Shown here in pieces: positions 37,010 to 49,840 of a stretch of 64,000 bases of DNA. A model generated the notes under the pieces. That model did no database searches and had not been told where the DNA came from. It was given only the letters and a program-made list of their open reading frames with translations. A program made the position numbers and the translations under genes. The stretch comes from Rhizophagus irregularis (lineage: Eukaryota). Every line of letters begins with the position of its first letter. Position 1 is the stretch's first letter. Location: assembly GCF_026210795.1 (NCBI RefSeq), contig NC_089433.1, positions 3,410,001 to 3,474,000 of the forward strand, given 5' to 3'.

Positions 37010-38873
37010 ATAATGGTGTAGTTAGCCGAAAAATTCAGCCGAAGGCGCAGTAAATTTTCGGATAACAACACCCAGCCGAAAAAAATTCATGTTGATCTAG
37101 AATATTTTATTGAATGTTTTATTGGTTCAACATCTACTATTTTCGGCTGAATATTTTCGTCTAACTACACTTTTTTTAAATAATAGTGTAGTTAGCCGAA
37201 AATATCCAACCAGAGGCGCAAGAAACGCCAATATATAATATTCCAGGAGACCAAAGCGAACCAGCAAGACAAGGAGGCAACATCAAAATGTGATGATTTT
37301 ATATATATTTAATATATTTAACTTATTTAATTATAAAATATATAAAATTTTATAATCATTTATATTTTATTAAGCTATAATAAATGTTCAAACAAAATTT
37401 ATTTTAATTATATTATTATTCAATTTAATCATACCACAAATGCCTTACTTTCAGTTTGTTTCTCAATCCATAATTTAATAGCATTTCTCATCAATGCATT
37501 AGCAGATAATTCAGATCTTTTAACAATTTTAGAAACAGCTGATTGTCCAAATCCAATTTGTGATTTAGCTAATTCACAAATTTCATCAGCAGCAATTTGT
37601 TGTGTAATACCTTTAAAAGAATTTTACACTTTTGAAATGCTTCAACAAATCCATTTGCTATTATTTGATCCTCTAGTGATACTTTTGTTTATTTCCATTG
37701 TTCAATGGGATCATCATCTTTAATTTTGTTTAACCTTTTTTTTTATTTGGCTGAGAGCTTTTTACATATTTTCGTGATCTAATATTTAACTGAGGCTAAA
37801 CCATATAGAGCACCTAATGGACTCCATGCTCCTATACGACACATTTCCATAATCTCAGCAACAAATGGTGCAATATTTCTATATTCTATTTGCTAATATT
37901 TCTTATTATTTGCTTTTAAAAATGCTCTATCTAAATACAAATAATCTTTTTCAAAGACTTCTAAGACAAGATATTCATCAGCATATGCCATCAACTCTAA
38001 TATTGTAAATAGACGAAGTTGTGTTGATAAAGAGTTTTTGTGAATAAAAAAATAGGATACTGCATTATATAAGCAATTTCCATCAGCAGTTGTATCAGCA
38101 TATATATAACCATTAAATTCATCTGGTAATAATAAACATGCACCTTCATCTATAACTATACCCTCAGATATACAAACATCTACATATGAAAGATCACAAG
38201 ATAAAATTTGAATTTTTTTATGCTTTTGTCCATAAGACATTATTTCACTTAAACTTGGTAATTTGGCAAGGAATTTTCTAGTTTTAATTAAAAGTTGTTT
38301 AAATAGAATCCATAATTAAGTGAAGTATTTCAGTAAATTTAGCAAATTTTATAACAAAGAAAAAAAGTTTATTAAAAAAAAAATTATCTTTGATTATATT
38401 TAAATCCATTTTATTGAATATTTTCCAAGAATTTAAAAATTATTTACAAGCAAATATTAAAATTAAACATTTTAAAGAAACAATTTTACACCAAACAATA
38501 CCATTTAATAATTAACGATTCTGTATTACATAGATTAATATTATCAAGAAAAGTATATAATTATTATTATTGTAATAATTACATAATATTTACCATTAAA
38601 TAATAATGGTAAATATTATAATATGAACAATCAGGATTTTCATTACCTGTTACCACTTAAATTATTGTATTGCATTTGATATTTACGGCTAACTACACTT
38701 TTTTAAAATAATAATGTAGTTAGCCGTAAATATCTAGCCGAAAATAGTAGATGTTGAACCAATAAAATATTCAAAAAATATTCAAGATCAACATGAATTT
38801 TTTTCGGCTGGGTGTTGTTAGCCGAAAATTTACTGCGCCTTCGGCTGAATTTTTCGGCTAACTACACCATTAT
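37010..38873. mobile_element. MULE-like element with ~195-bp TIRs
   Basis: Long TIRs ATAATGGTGTAGTTAGCCGAAAAATTCAGCCGAAGGCGCAG...; 9-bp TSD CACGGTTTG/CACGGTATG; removing it restores the kinase WCKPCQ codons. Confidence 0.9.
37440..38300 (-). pseudogene. OTU/vertnin-like cysteine protease fragment carried inside the MULE-like element
   Basis: TTADGNCLYNAVSYF..STQLRLFTILEL matches the OTU DGNCL catalytic-Cys motif; continues after a break as EIMEMCRIGAWSPLGALYGLASV. Confidence 0.6.
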
Positions 38874-41387
38874 CACGGTATGCACCATTTAGAATATGTA
38901 TCTAAATATTTGCTAACACATTTATCACAATATATATCTTGAAGAATTATAATATAATCCTTATCAGGATTTTGAGATATTCCATATAGGTGATCATTCT
39001 CAAAATATGGCTTAACCTATTGAAACATAAAATTTTATTATAAAATAATTTATAAATTAAATTAAAGGCATACATAACTTATTCAGAAATTCACTGGTAA
39101 TATTTTGTGAGTTATATAATTTTAAATTGACTTTTGTACTCTGATAGAAATAAATATGAATATATAAGAAAACATACTTTAATGGACCATCCTTCCATAT
39201 TGCTGAATATATTGTAGCAAATTCATCTTTTCCTAACTCTTTAATATCATCGAACTGATCATATGGCATCCATTCAACTATAATATCACGATCATCAATT
39301 ATTAATTGCATTTCCTGAATTGAATTATCAATTTTTTCATTTCCGCTGGTCCAATTTGTAAAATTTTTTTCAAAATCATTTATCTGGCATGATTTACACC
39401 ATAAACTAAATTCATCTATAAAACATTTGCTACATTCATTACAATATTTATTTCGAAGAACTAAAATATAATCTTTTGTGTCTGAATTTTGCGATATACC
39501 ATATAGATCATCACGCGCCTATCAAAACAAGAGAAATTTATTATTATTAGGATCATGCCGATCTTGATGGACCGTTATTTTTATCAGTAAAAAGGGTGGG
39601 ATAAAAATATTGGTTATGTATAAAAATAACACGTTAATTAATTAAAAAACTAGGCTTTTATATAAAAACTGCTAAAATTAGGCATGATCTTGGGTGGCAT
39701 GCATAATAATACAGCTATTGAATGGGAGGGTAACATATAAAATCACCCCTATAGAGTGACCAATATTTTTACCCATCCAATAACTATATTTAAAGTATTT
39801 AAATTAAATAGTATAATTCATACCTCATTTAGAAATTCATCAGTAATATTTCGGGGGTTGTGTAAACATTTTAAATTAACTCTTGTATCCTGGTTTCTTG
39901 AATATTTTCGTTATATTTTAATGGACCATCCTTCCATATTGCCGAATAAATTGTAGAACATTCATCTTTATCTAACTCTTTAATATCATTAAACTGATCA
40001 TATGGTATCCATTCAGTTATATTATCAGAACTTCGAAGGATTTCTAATTGCATTTCCTGAATTAAATTGTCAATTTTTTCATTTCCACTAGTCCAATTTG
40101 TAAAATTATTTTGTAGATTATTTATCTGACATGATTTGCACCATTCAAAACGTAAATACTTTCCACATCTTTCACATTTCATTGTAATAATAATATGGTT
40201 TATACTATTTTAAAATTTTTCAACGTTTACAAGAAATGAAAATCTTGGAACGTCCAACAAGTTTCTTATCTATTGATTTGTTGGCGTAACGTCACATTTG
40301 CCACAAGTCCCATTAATTGATTAAATATTGTTGTGAATAATCATTTGGGTGACACGTGTGACGATTAATTCCATAAATGTTTATTATGTATTTTATAAAA
40401 TATATTAATAAAAATAAATTCAGTTCAAAACTAGCAGTTACCCGCTGCTACCAATGAGTTTGTTTAAGAATTAAGTAGAACAATTTAGTATTATAATGTA
40501 AATCATATCGACAATTAGTAGATTGATATAAATTATATTTACAGTATTAGAATAATATAAATTAGTATATTTAGAATACAATATTAGAATTATATGAATT
40601 ATATTTACAATAATGTCAATAATGTAAATGATATAAATTACAGTGCATTAGGGTAATTTAAATTATATTTACCATTAATAGGTATATGTAATATGAGAAT
40701 TTAATACGTTGATATGATTAATGATTATATGGCGTTTATGCAATTATGATCTATAAAATTTATGCCTGCTCTATACTTGGTTTTTGTTCTCTACACTTGG
40801 CTTTTGATTTTTTCTGTGACGGGCTTGACTTTCATTATTTAATCTTTTTTTACGTTGTTCAGATATTTCACTTTCAAATAATTAAGCCATATGGATTTAG
40901 TATTAACAAAATATTACATATTATATTGATGGAAATTTTTGATACTTAATATATCATTTATGAAATATAAAAAAAAAATTCTCAATAATATATACAATAC
41001 ATGTGGTTCATCGTTCAACAATATATTTGTACAGTATATTATTTAAAAAAAAAATATTTAAAAAAATTTCTTACTGCTTTTTATTATATATTAAAAAAAC
41101 CTACAATAAAAAAGAAATTAACAATTATGTCTGCAATTTATTATTGTTAAAAAAAAATTCTCAAAAAAGAGATATTATCTTAACACGTCCATTTATTATT
41201 ATCTTTGGTAAAATAAATCAAATTATTCTACAGCCAAATAGGATCATGCTTTTTTCATCATGCTGATATTTTTTTATTAAGCTATAAATAAACTACCATT
41301 GCATAATTATTATTGATATTTTTGACGTTGATTAATCAATAGTTTATTGTATTTATAAGATGATCATTGGCGGCTGCAGAATAACAC

Positions 41388-41467
41388 AGTTATTTGATAG
41401 GGGGGTTAAAATATCATCCGAACTGCTTCGCAGTTCGGTGATATTCTAACCCCCCTATCAAATAACT
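41388..41467. repeat. Long near-perfect hairpin (~80 nt)
   Basis: AGTTATTTGATAGGGGGGTTAAAATATCA-TCCGAACTGC-TTC-GCAGTTCGG-TGATATTCTAACCCCCCTATCAAATAACT. Confidence 0.85.
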
Positions 41468-42634
41468 AATATTTAAAAAAAAATCTCTAAAAAAAATATC
41501 TAACCAAAAAAAAATTCTCGGTAAATCTAACCAAAAAAATTTAACAAAATTAACAACATGTACCGGTCAAATACATCACATGTTAAACAATTCGAAATGA
41601 GGGTAATCTAAATATCTAAATATGACATGTTACACAGATTCCGCTAATTAGAAAATCAAACAATCAAACTATCCTTAAAATTGATAGATCTGAATGATAT
41701 TCTTTTTATTAAAAAAAATATTACATCTTTTTTACGTATTTTTATTATTATTATTATTCATTTGATCATAATGTAATGCTGCACATTACATTTTCTTATT
41801 TGAATTACTACTAACCAACCCATTTATCTATTTTAAGTAAGGAACTGATCAAAATGGAATATTTTTTTTCATTTTATTTTATTTTTCCATAAATTACTAA
41901 TCGACCCATTTTTTTCTTCATTGCTATTTTAGAGCTTCGGAACGGAAGGTAGAAACAATGTAATTTTTTTAATTTTTTTTTTCATTTCTAATTCCCCTGT
42001 CTTTTGCTTCATTTCTATTTAGATTCGGTCTTGGAACTTCAGAACAGAAGATACTGATCGAAATGGAACAATACGGGTAGATTATAAATATTCCGTTTAA
42101 TAATTATTTTTTTTTCTCCATTTCGAATATTACTAATCGACCTATTTCTTTTAGAACAGAAGATACCGATTGAAACAGAACAATACGTGTAGGTGACAAA
42201 TGTTCTGTTTAACCTTTTGAATGATATCTTTAAATTCGTACTTAACGCTAGTTTTAATAACTAAAAAGTTGTGCGACCTATATGACGATCATTTATCATT
42301 GTCTTATAGGTCAATTACCTTGTGTTATTGAAAAAATTATATTGAAAAAATTATTTTTGATATATTACTAAGCATACAGTATATTATCCGAGTTGAATAT
42401 ATTCTCCAAACCTGACAAAACCCGACCCGATAGGAGGATTATCACAATTTCTGGACATTCTTTTTCATAGGGAGTAAATTGAGGAAAAACATAACCAATT
42501 ATGAATTATCAATGCTAGACAAAATCATAATCCTAATTAATATTGGTTATAACTTATAACCAAATATTCTACTAGTTTAAAAGGATGATATTTATTATAA
42601 AAAGCAGATGAAAATGATAAAGGAATCAAGCAAA

Positions 42635-44145
42635 CCCTATAAGAAATATGTATACGGAAAGGATACGTTTTGTATACATTTTATGTACGTTTCTATAGAT
42701 TCCGTATACAAATTCCGTATATTTAATAAGCAATTCATTTTTGAACATTTTTTAAAAAAACTAATGTATACGAAATGTATACGGAAAAAATTAATCATAC
42801 GGAATGTATACGGAATTTTTAAACTTAATATTTTTAGAAGATAATTTTACAAAAATTCCGTATCATAACACGAGATCACATGATTGTTTATTGTTTGTTA
42901 TGATACGTTTTTTGTTTTTTTTATAAACCCTTACTTTGATGAGTTTGATCTTCCGATCTTCCTTTCTGTCTTTCCCTTCCTTCTCTTTTCTCTTGTCTTA
43001 TTTTTGTTATTTTTTCTAAATTTTTCTTCTTTTTTCATCACCCCCCCTTTTAAAAAAAAATTTTTTTTTTTCGTACCTCACTTTAAAAATTTTTTTTTTC
43101 ATCACTCTCCTTTTTATTCCCACTCTTCTTTTTTTTTTAAAAAAAAATTTTTCTTTCTATTTCTATTTCCTCTTTATAAAAAATTTTTTATTTTTCTAAC
43201 TTTGACGTCCTCCCTTTAAAAAAAAAATTTTTTTTTAACTTTCCTAACTTCGTTACTCTCTTTTTAAAAAAATATTTTTTTTTTGATTTATTCTTTATTC
43301 CCCTTTCTTTTTTATTTATATTTATCCCTTTTTTTATTTCATAGGCCAGCAGATTTTTTTTTGTGAGAAGATTCAGTTTCTTTTTTCTTTTTTGTAGATC
43401 AGTTTGGGAGTCCTTTCCTTTTTGTAGGATTGTTTAGGATTTTTTTCTTTTTTTAGGTCAGTTCAAATTTTCTTTTTTTTTTTTTTTGTAAGTTGGGTTC
43501 AGATTCTTTTCTTTTGTAGGTTGTTTCAGTTTTGTTGCTTCAGAGTCTTGGATTTTTTTGTTGTTTTGGTTTCTTTTTCATCAGATGCTTCATAATTCTT
43601 TTCATTTATGTAGGTCAGAAATTCTGGAGTTCTCTTTCTTTTTTTGTAGGAATGCTGACCTTTGGTGACTTGGACGATTGCAGATACTATATGAAGGGGG
43701 GTTTTGTTTCCAATTAAGTTAGACGTTCTTATGTTTCTTTTTTTTTTTTTAGGTTGTTTGACTCCAAATGAACCTGAACTTATAGATAATTTTTGTTGAA
43801 ATAGGTGGTTTTAATAAGGAGGGAATTTTCATAATGTATTTGTATTTTGTTTATTTTTTATTTTTTATTTAATTTAATAAAGTAAAATTAGATTTATGTA
43901 AATATAATTATAGTAAACTGTAATATAAATAGTAAATTCAGTGACCAAATCGTATAAATTTCGTGATAAAATCAGTGATCAAATCATGTAAATTCCATAT
44001 GAATTCCATGCAAATTTCGTATCCAACCCATATTTTTAGTGATACGGAATTGTGCATTTTTCCGTATCCTATTATGATACGTTATTTCTAAGGAAAAAAA
44101 TCGTATAAAAACTTTATAAAAAACGTATCCAATATTTTTATAGGG
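42635..44145. mobile_element. Probable non-autonomous DNA transposon with a T-rich core
   Basis: Termini CCCTATAA / TTATAGGG; many subterminal (G/T)ATACG / CGTAT(A/C) repeats; strongly T-skewed centre. Confidence 0.5.
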
Positions 44146-44175
44146 AAATAATAAATTATAATTATGATAACTTTG

Positions 44176-46393
44176 TTAACTTTCAACTTTAGAAACAGAT
44201 AATCCAAGGTATGGATCAAGCTTATTAAAAAGGAAAATTTTTCTTTTAATATGAAATCCTTCAATTGGTTTAAAAACAAAATTCCTAATTAACATAGCTA
44301 ATAATATTTTAATTTCAATTAAGGATACTTTAATGCCTATACAAGTTCTTGTACCAGTAAGGAAAGGCAAATAGTTTAGATTTGATACATTCTTAATTAA
44401 GGAAGGATCCAACCATCTTTTTGGATCAAATTCAGCAGCTGATGGACCCCAAATTTCGGGCAGTCTATGAAGTTCTGCAATTGAAATTTTCATTATAGTA
44501 TCCTATTTTAAAACAATAAAAAAAAAAATCAAATTAATAATTTTGAATTTTTTAGCAAAAAATATATAAACGGTAAATATACCTTTGGAACATGATATCC
44601 TCCCAAAACTTCATCTTTAGTACTAAGTCGACCAGTAGTAGGAACTAAAATAAAATTACATAGTTAATAAGATGATACAAAAAAGAATTAAAAATTTAAT
44701 TTATACCTGGAGAATGTAATCTCAAAGTTTCTTTAACTACGCAATTTAAATATTCCAAAGAATTAATTTCATCAAATGTAGGATTGAATTTTGATTTATC
44801 GGGAAAAGCTTGTAATAATTCTTCACGCAATAAGTCTTGCTCATGCGGATCTTGTGCAAGAGAATATAAGGCCCAACAAATTGCTGTAGCTACTGTTTCA
44901 TGTCCCGCTAATAAAAATGTCATAACCTAAAATATTCAAAAAAAGTGATGAGATAATATGTTTGATGAATAAGCAATATATTAATAAGAAAATTGTGATA
45001 TCGCTGGTAGGATTTGTCACATTATATTGGATCCATTCCCTGTAAAAAGTATTTTATATTTCCATGTTTTTTCCATGAATGTATCATTATCATGGAATTT
45101 ATAGTCGTCTTAAATCATAAAAATTTTATCCCTCTAACACGGATATCCGTCAATGTATTATATTCACGGAATTTTTTACGAAAACCATGGAGAAATAATG
45201 GAAATAATTGGATAAAAATTTTTTATAGGGATGGCGACAAATTACAAAATTCTTTTATTTACCTGATATTTTAATTCTTTGTCAGTTATTTTCTCTTCAA
45301 TGGGTAATGAATTATTGATATTAATTAAATGAGATAAGAGATCTTTTCCTTCCAATTCACCAATTTCTGCTGCTTTACATTTTTCTTCAATCAACTTCTT
45401 TGACATGTGATCAATAATTTCACATGCATTTCTAAACTTTCTGTTTATATCTATTGGAACATTTCTAATAAATGGCACATAAGCTGATAAAAAACTAATG
45501 GCAAGGCGTAAAGAAGGTTGTGAGTCATTTGTAAAAATATTGAGAGCTTCTGTTAATTCATTTGAAGACGTTAATGAATTAAATTCGTAATTAAATCCTA
45601 AAAAAAAAATTTTTTCTTTAGAAATTTTTCTTATTATAATGTGAAAACATCAACATTGAAAAAAATTATCATCTTCTCACCAAATGAGCCAAGCGCATCT
45701 AACGCAGCTTTTGAGATATATGGAGTAAGATTGAATTTAGATTCTCCTAAGTTCACTTTATCTTCGATTAAACATTTTAAGGTAAAAGCTACTCGAATAA
45801 TTGTTGGAACCGTTTCCTAAAATTGAATGAACATATTAATTTAATTCAATTAACTTTATATTATACTACCTACAATGAATTATAATTACTTTGATATTAT
45901 TATGAATGAAAGCCAGATTCATCATTTTTCTTTGTCTCATATGATCTTCACCTTCTGAAAATATAAGACCTTTACCGCCCATTGCAAGAGCATCAGACAT
46001 CATACGAAGAGGTTTAATAAAATCATAAACATGTTTTGACGTAATGTCTTGAATTATTTTTGTATCTGAAATAAGAAGCATTGGTTGATTAAATATTCCA
46101 TGATATCTAATAATATTCCCGTATTCTTGTACCCATTTAAGTTGCGTGTCCTATATAAAAAGAAAGAAATGTATAAATGAGAATTATGACTAACGATTTA
46201 ATATTATTATTTATTAATTAATAACCTCTTTTGTAAAAATTGTTTTAAGATTTCCGTAAAGTAGACTTTCAGATGGTGGACCAGGAATTTTTCTCAAAGG
46301 AGTAATATAAATTGGCCAAATATATATTTTATAAGTGATCCATCCTATAACTCCTAACACAAAAAGACTAACAAAAGAAGTCAAATCAAGCAT
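44176..46393 (-). CDS. Cytochrome P450 monooxygenase (7 exons)
   Basis: N-terminal hydrophobic anchor plus IPGPP; EGEDHMRQRKMM; I-helix LLAGHETVA; ETLR; FDPKRW; heme motif FLTGTRTCIG; GT-AG introns. Confidence 0.92.
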
Positions 46394-47189
46394 TTTGTTT
46401 TTTGTTGTAAATAAATAATTTTCGTGAGGAGAAAATTATCGCAAGATACAGTGCCCGGAAAAAAGTATAAATGACGATAATCGTTATGATAATCCCTTCT
46501 ATATAGAGGTTTTTATTAATAATTAACGTTTATTATGAACTGCACCATCTCTAAAAATTTCGTGCAAGTGCGACCCTCACCCCTAAGGAATCGGTTTTCG
46601 CAAATGTGGAAAACCCGAAATTTTTCAGAATAACTTTGTAGAAAAGGTTCGATTGCTAGTGTTACCGGTGTTGACGGTAATTAAGGGACGTATTGTAGAT
46701 AACTTATATCGTATAGACACACGAATACCAACGGGATTCTTACTCAATACTACCTTTCCTGGTATTTCTGGTATTGTTTGTTAAGAATCGTCAAGGTAAA
46801 CAATTAATAAATACGATTAGTAATAATACATGATGGGTATAAGACAAATCTTATGTGAATATACAAAAACAACGTGTAAAATTAACTGAAATATAACGAT
46901 TTTATTTAATAGAGGTAGAATTTCGGATTTACAACAAGGTGATGAAAGGGTGTTGGGAAATATATCTCAAAGATAACTAACTAGAGGGGTAACTACTCTA
47001 TCATGAATTTGGCAAAGGCGTATTTATGGCTAATTTTATCTTACTGCCATCTCTTTTTCTGACATCAATGGCGGAATCTAATCTAATCGTTAATGTTTCA
47101 TCACAATATTACAATAGCGATAATTTTCATTGTAAGCCACTTTTTAATAGAACACAAATGATAAATTTTGGACAATTAATACTATTAAA

Positions 47190-47660
47190 TTAATTTCCAT
47201 ATAATAACTTCTAATAAAATTGTATACACATAAATAATACAAATAAAGAAAATAAATAAATATATAAATAATAATAAATTGAATAAATTGAATAAATATA
47301 ATAATGATATATATGTAAATTGAATAAATATAATAATGATATATATGTAAATTGAATAAATATAATAATGATATATATGTAAATTGAATAAATATAATAA
47401 TGATATATATGTAAATTGAATAAAGCGATATAATAATGATATATATGTAAATTAAATAAATATAATAATGATATATATGTAAATTTATCACATAAAATCA
47501 ATATCTTTAATATAGTTAACTTCTAATAAAATTGTATACACATTAATAATACAAATAAAGAAAATAAATAAATAAATAAATAATAATAAATTGAATAAAT
47601 TGAATAATGATATATATGTAAATTTATCATATAAAATCAATATCTTTAATATAGTTAACT
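47190..47660. repeat. Minisatellite (32-bp unit AATTGAATAAATATAATAATGATATATATGTA, ~6 copies) inside a larger direct duplication
   Basis: Tandem copies at 47286-47483; flanking block repeated at 47515-47660. Confidence 0.85.
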
Positions 47661-47779
47661 GATATACACAACTATGTATCGGCGTAAATCGGCTCGTAAC
47701 ATCGGAAATCGACATGTACACAAATGTACTGAAATCTCATCGGATCACCATACAATATCGGAAATTACGTGCGCAAGAA

Positions 47780-47938
47780 ATCGCGTGATTTCCGGAGGAA
47801 ATCTCGGGAAATTTTCAATTATTCAAATAGTTTGCTTATAAAGTGAGTGATAAAACTTTGTGTAACATAAACACTTTTTTATAAGCAAAATATCTTTTTA
47901 TAACTGAGAATTTCCCAAGATTTTCTCTAGAAATCGCT
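47780..47938. mobile_element. Small foldback/MITE-like inverted repeat
   Basis: GATTTCCGGAGGAAATCTCGGGAAATT..TTTGCTTATAAA versus TTTATAAGCAAA..AATTTCCCAAGATTTTCTCTAGAAATC. Confidence 0.45.
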
Positions 47939-48409
47939 AATAATTGACCTTTTCCCACATAGTTATTCAGGAAAATTCCGGGTTTTCGCAAATTTTTGGA
48001 AATCTATTTCCTTAATCGCACTAATTTGAAAACGGCGATAATCAATAAAAATAATTAATTTTGTGCACGTAAGATTTTACTTAACTCCCACCCTTAAAAT
48101 ATGATTACCCATACTATACAGCCAGTTCAGTTTGATGATATTAGTATGAGTAGGTTATATGGAAAGGTGATCCATTACTATAATTATGACATTTCATAAG
48201 CCTGACACTTCAATAAGCTCAAAATCAAAATACCGAAATGAAAATCTTGAATTTATCAGTATTATGGGGTGTCGGGATTTTGACATTTCAGATTTAGAGT
48301 GTCGGGATAATGTACCTTCGGGATTTCGAGTTTCGGGATTTTGGACGGGATCCTATAAAATGGTTAATTTTTTTTATGACTTAATAGATCAAATCTTATT
48401 CAATTGAAA

Positions 48410-49110
48410 ATAATATTTGGGGTAATAAAATATTCGGGATATCTCAAAATCAAGAAACAAATTATTATATTTTTGTTCTTAGAGTTGAATATTGTATAAA
48501 ATGTAACCAACAATATGCAAGTATATATTATAAAGGGTGTTCAACACAATATAGTAAGAATGCAACAATTGATAATATAATACAAATGGTAATATTAAAG
48601 AAATGGATGAAGAATTGAAGATGGTTCTGCTAAAGAATACTAAACATTATGGAAGGAAGGTTCATTGCATTATGATAATAATAAAAATGAATATATAAGA
48701 ATTTAGACGAAAAGGTTGCTTTAAAATTTATTTATGGTAGTTCACAAAATATTATTAATGAATTTAATGAGTTATGAAATACTTATACTGTAAGTTTAAA
48801 TTAGATACTTATTAAAAATAACCTATTATATATTTCAATAGATAAAAAATAATTCAGATCGTAAAATATACGAAATTTCTCAAAATTCATATACAAAAGA
48901 TTGACTATATATACGTGGTGTAACTGATGTATTATGTGAACTATGCCAAATAAATTATTTTAAAAAGAATTTTACAGATTGTGCTAATGAAAATGAAAAA
49001 ATTGACAATCTACTAATTCGAAAAATACAATCAAAAATCATTTACATGATGGTATAGTATTCGAATGGATACCATATAATCAATTAAATAATATTAACAA
49101 ATACTATTAC
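48410..49110 (+). pseudogene. Highly degraded relic of the modular TKL kinase family
   Basis: Remnants KIFGISQNQETNYYIFVL..CIKC, VALKFIY.SSQNIINEF, NEKID, FEWIPYNQ, with stops. Confidence 0.7.
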
Positions 49111-49573
49111 TATAATTTAACCACACATTTTCTGTATTAAAAACATATCGCTGCATCAAATTTAACATAAATAGCCATATTAAATGGCAGCTATATAGAT
49201 ACTACATAGTCCTGATTTCGCAGGTTTCAGCAAAGTAATAGCAAAAAGTACTAATTGTATATTACAGTAAAGTATTACAATAAAATATTAAGTCTATAAA
49301 CAGTGATAATATAAAATCAAAAAAAAAAATGTATCGGGATAGTAAGTTCGAGATAATGAGTGTCAAGATTCAGGTTAAGTCGGGAATATCATTTGTCAGG
49401 ATTCCTGTGAACGTCGGGTATTATAACGGGATTCTGATCGTAGGGATTTTAAACGGGCTCTCCCTTTTGATTATTTTACTTTAGTTTTCGTAGCAAATTT
49501 TTTTTGAAATTTCTATAATAATTTTTTTTTTAATATTATATGATCGTTTTTCATTATAAAATTCAGAAGCTTG

Positions 49574-49840
49574 CACGACTAACACAAGATCGACAACAAA
49601 ATCTCGGCAATCCAAAATCTTGACAATCCAAAATCCCGACAAGTCATTGTATCGACAATTTTATTTGTAAATCTAATGATGTGTGATTCTAATACAATAA
49701 TTTTTTGCAATGTGTAATATTTATAATTTTGTTCTGAAATTGTCGGGATAATCAACTTGTTAGTATAATGATTTGTCAGAATTTTGATTTGTCAAGATTT
49801 TGGATTGTCGAGATTTTGTTGTCGTCTTGTGTCGGTCGTT
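49574..49840. mobile_element. MITE/foldback element
   Basis: ~75-bp imperfect TIRs with internal CAATCCAAAATC repeats (ACGAC..ACACAAGA..CGACAACAAAATCTCG / CGAGATTTTGTTGTCG.TCTTGTGT..GTCGT). Confidence 0.7.

Larger units (their letters stand above)
34480..40182 (-). pseudogene. TKL kinase with 5 tandem Cys-motif/N-lobe modules, disrupted
   Basis: Repeated WCKxCQ..WTSGNEKIDNLIQEMQ..EWIPY exons; GEGGF, DFHTG, SDMGL and APE motifs; frameshifts near 35697, 35290 and 34900; MITE and MULE insertions in exons. Confidence 0.85.

Noticed and set aside
40428..40460. Possible Helitron 3' end (CTAG-T on the minus strand near a GC-rich stretch)
   Set aside because: The hairpin is weak, and no 5' end or Rep/helicase remnant is identifiable.
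42884..43717. Phe-rich ORFs that look like membrane proteins
   Set aside because: They are a by-product of poly-T tracts in a repeat element.
47144..47721. I/Y-rich ORFs in the track
   Set aside because: They are translations of the 32-bp minisatellite. I also checked for AG-NNN-GT microexon structure and found none.
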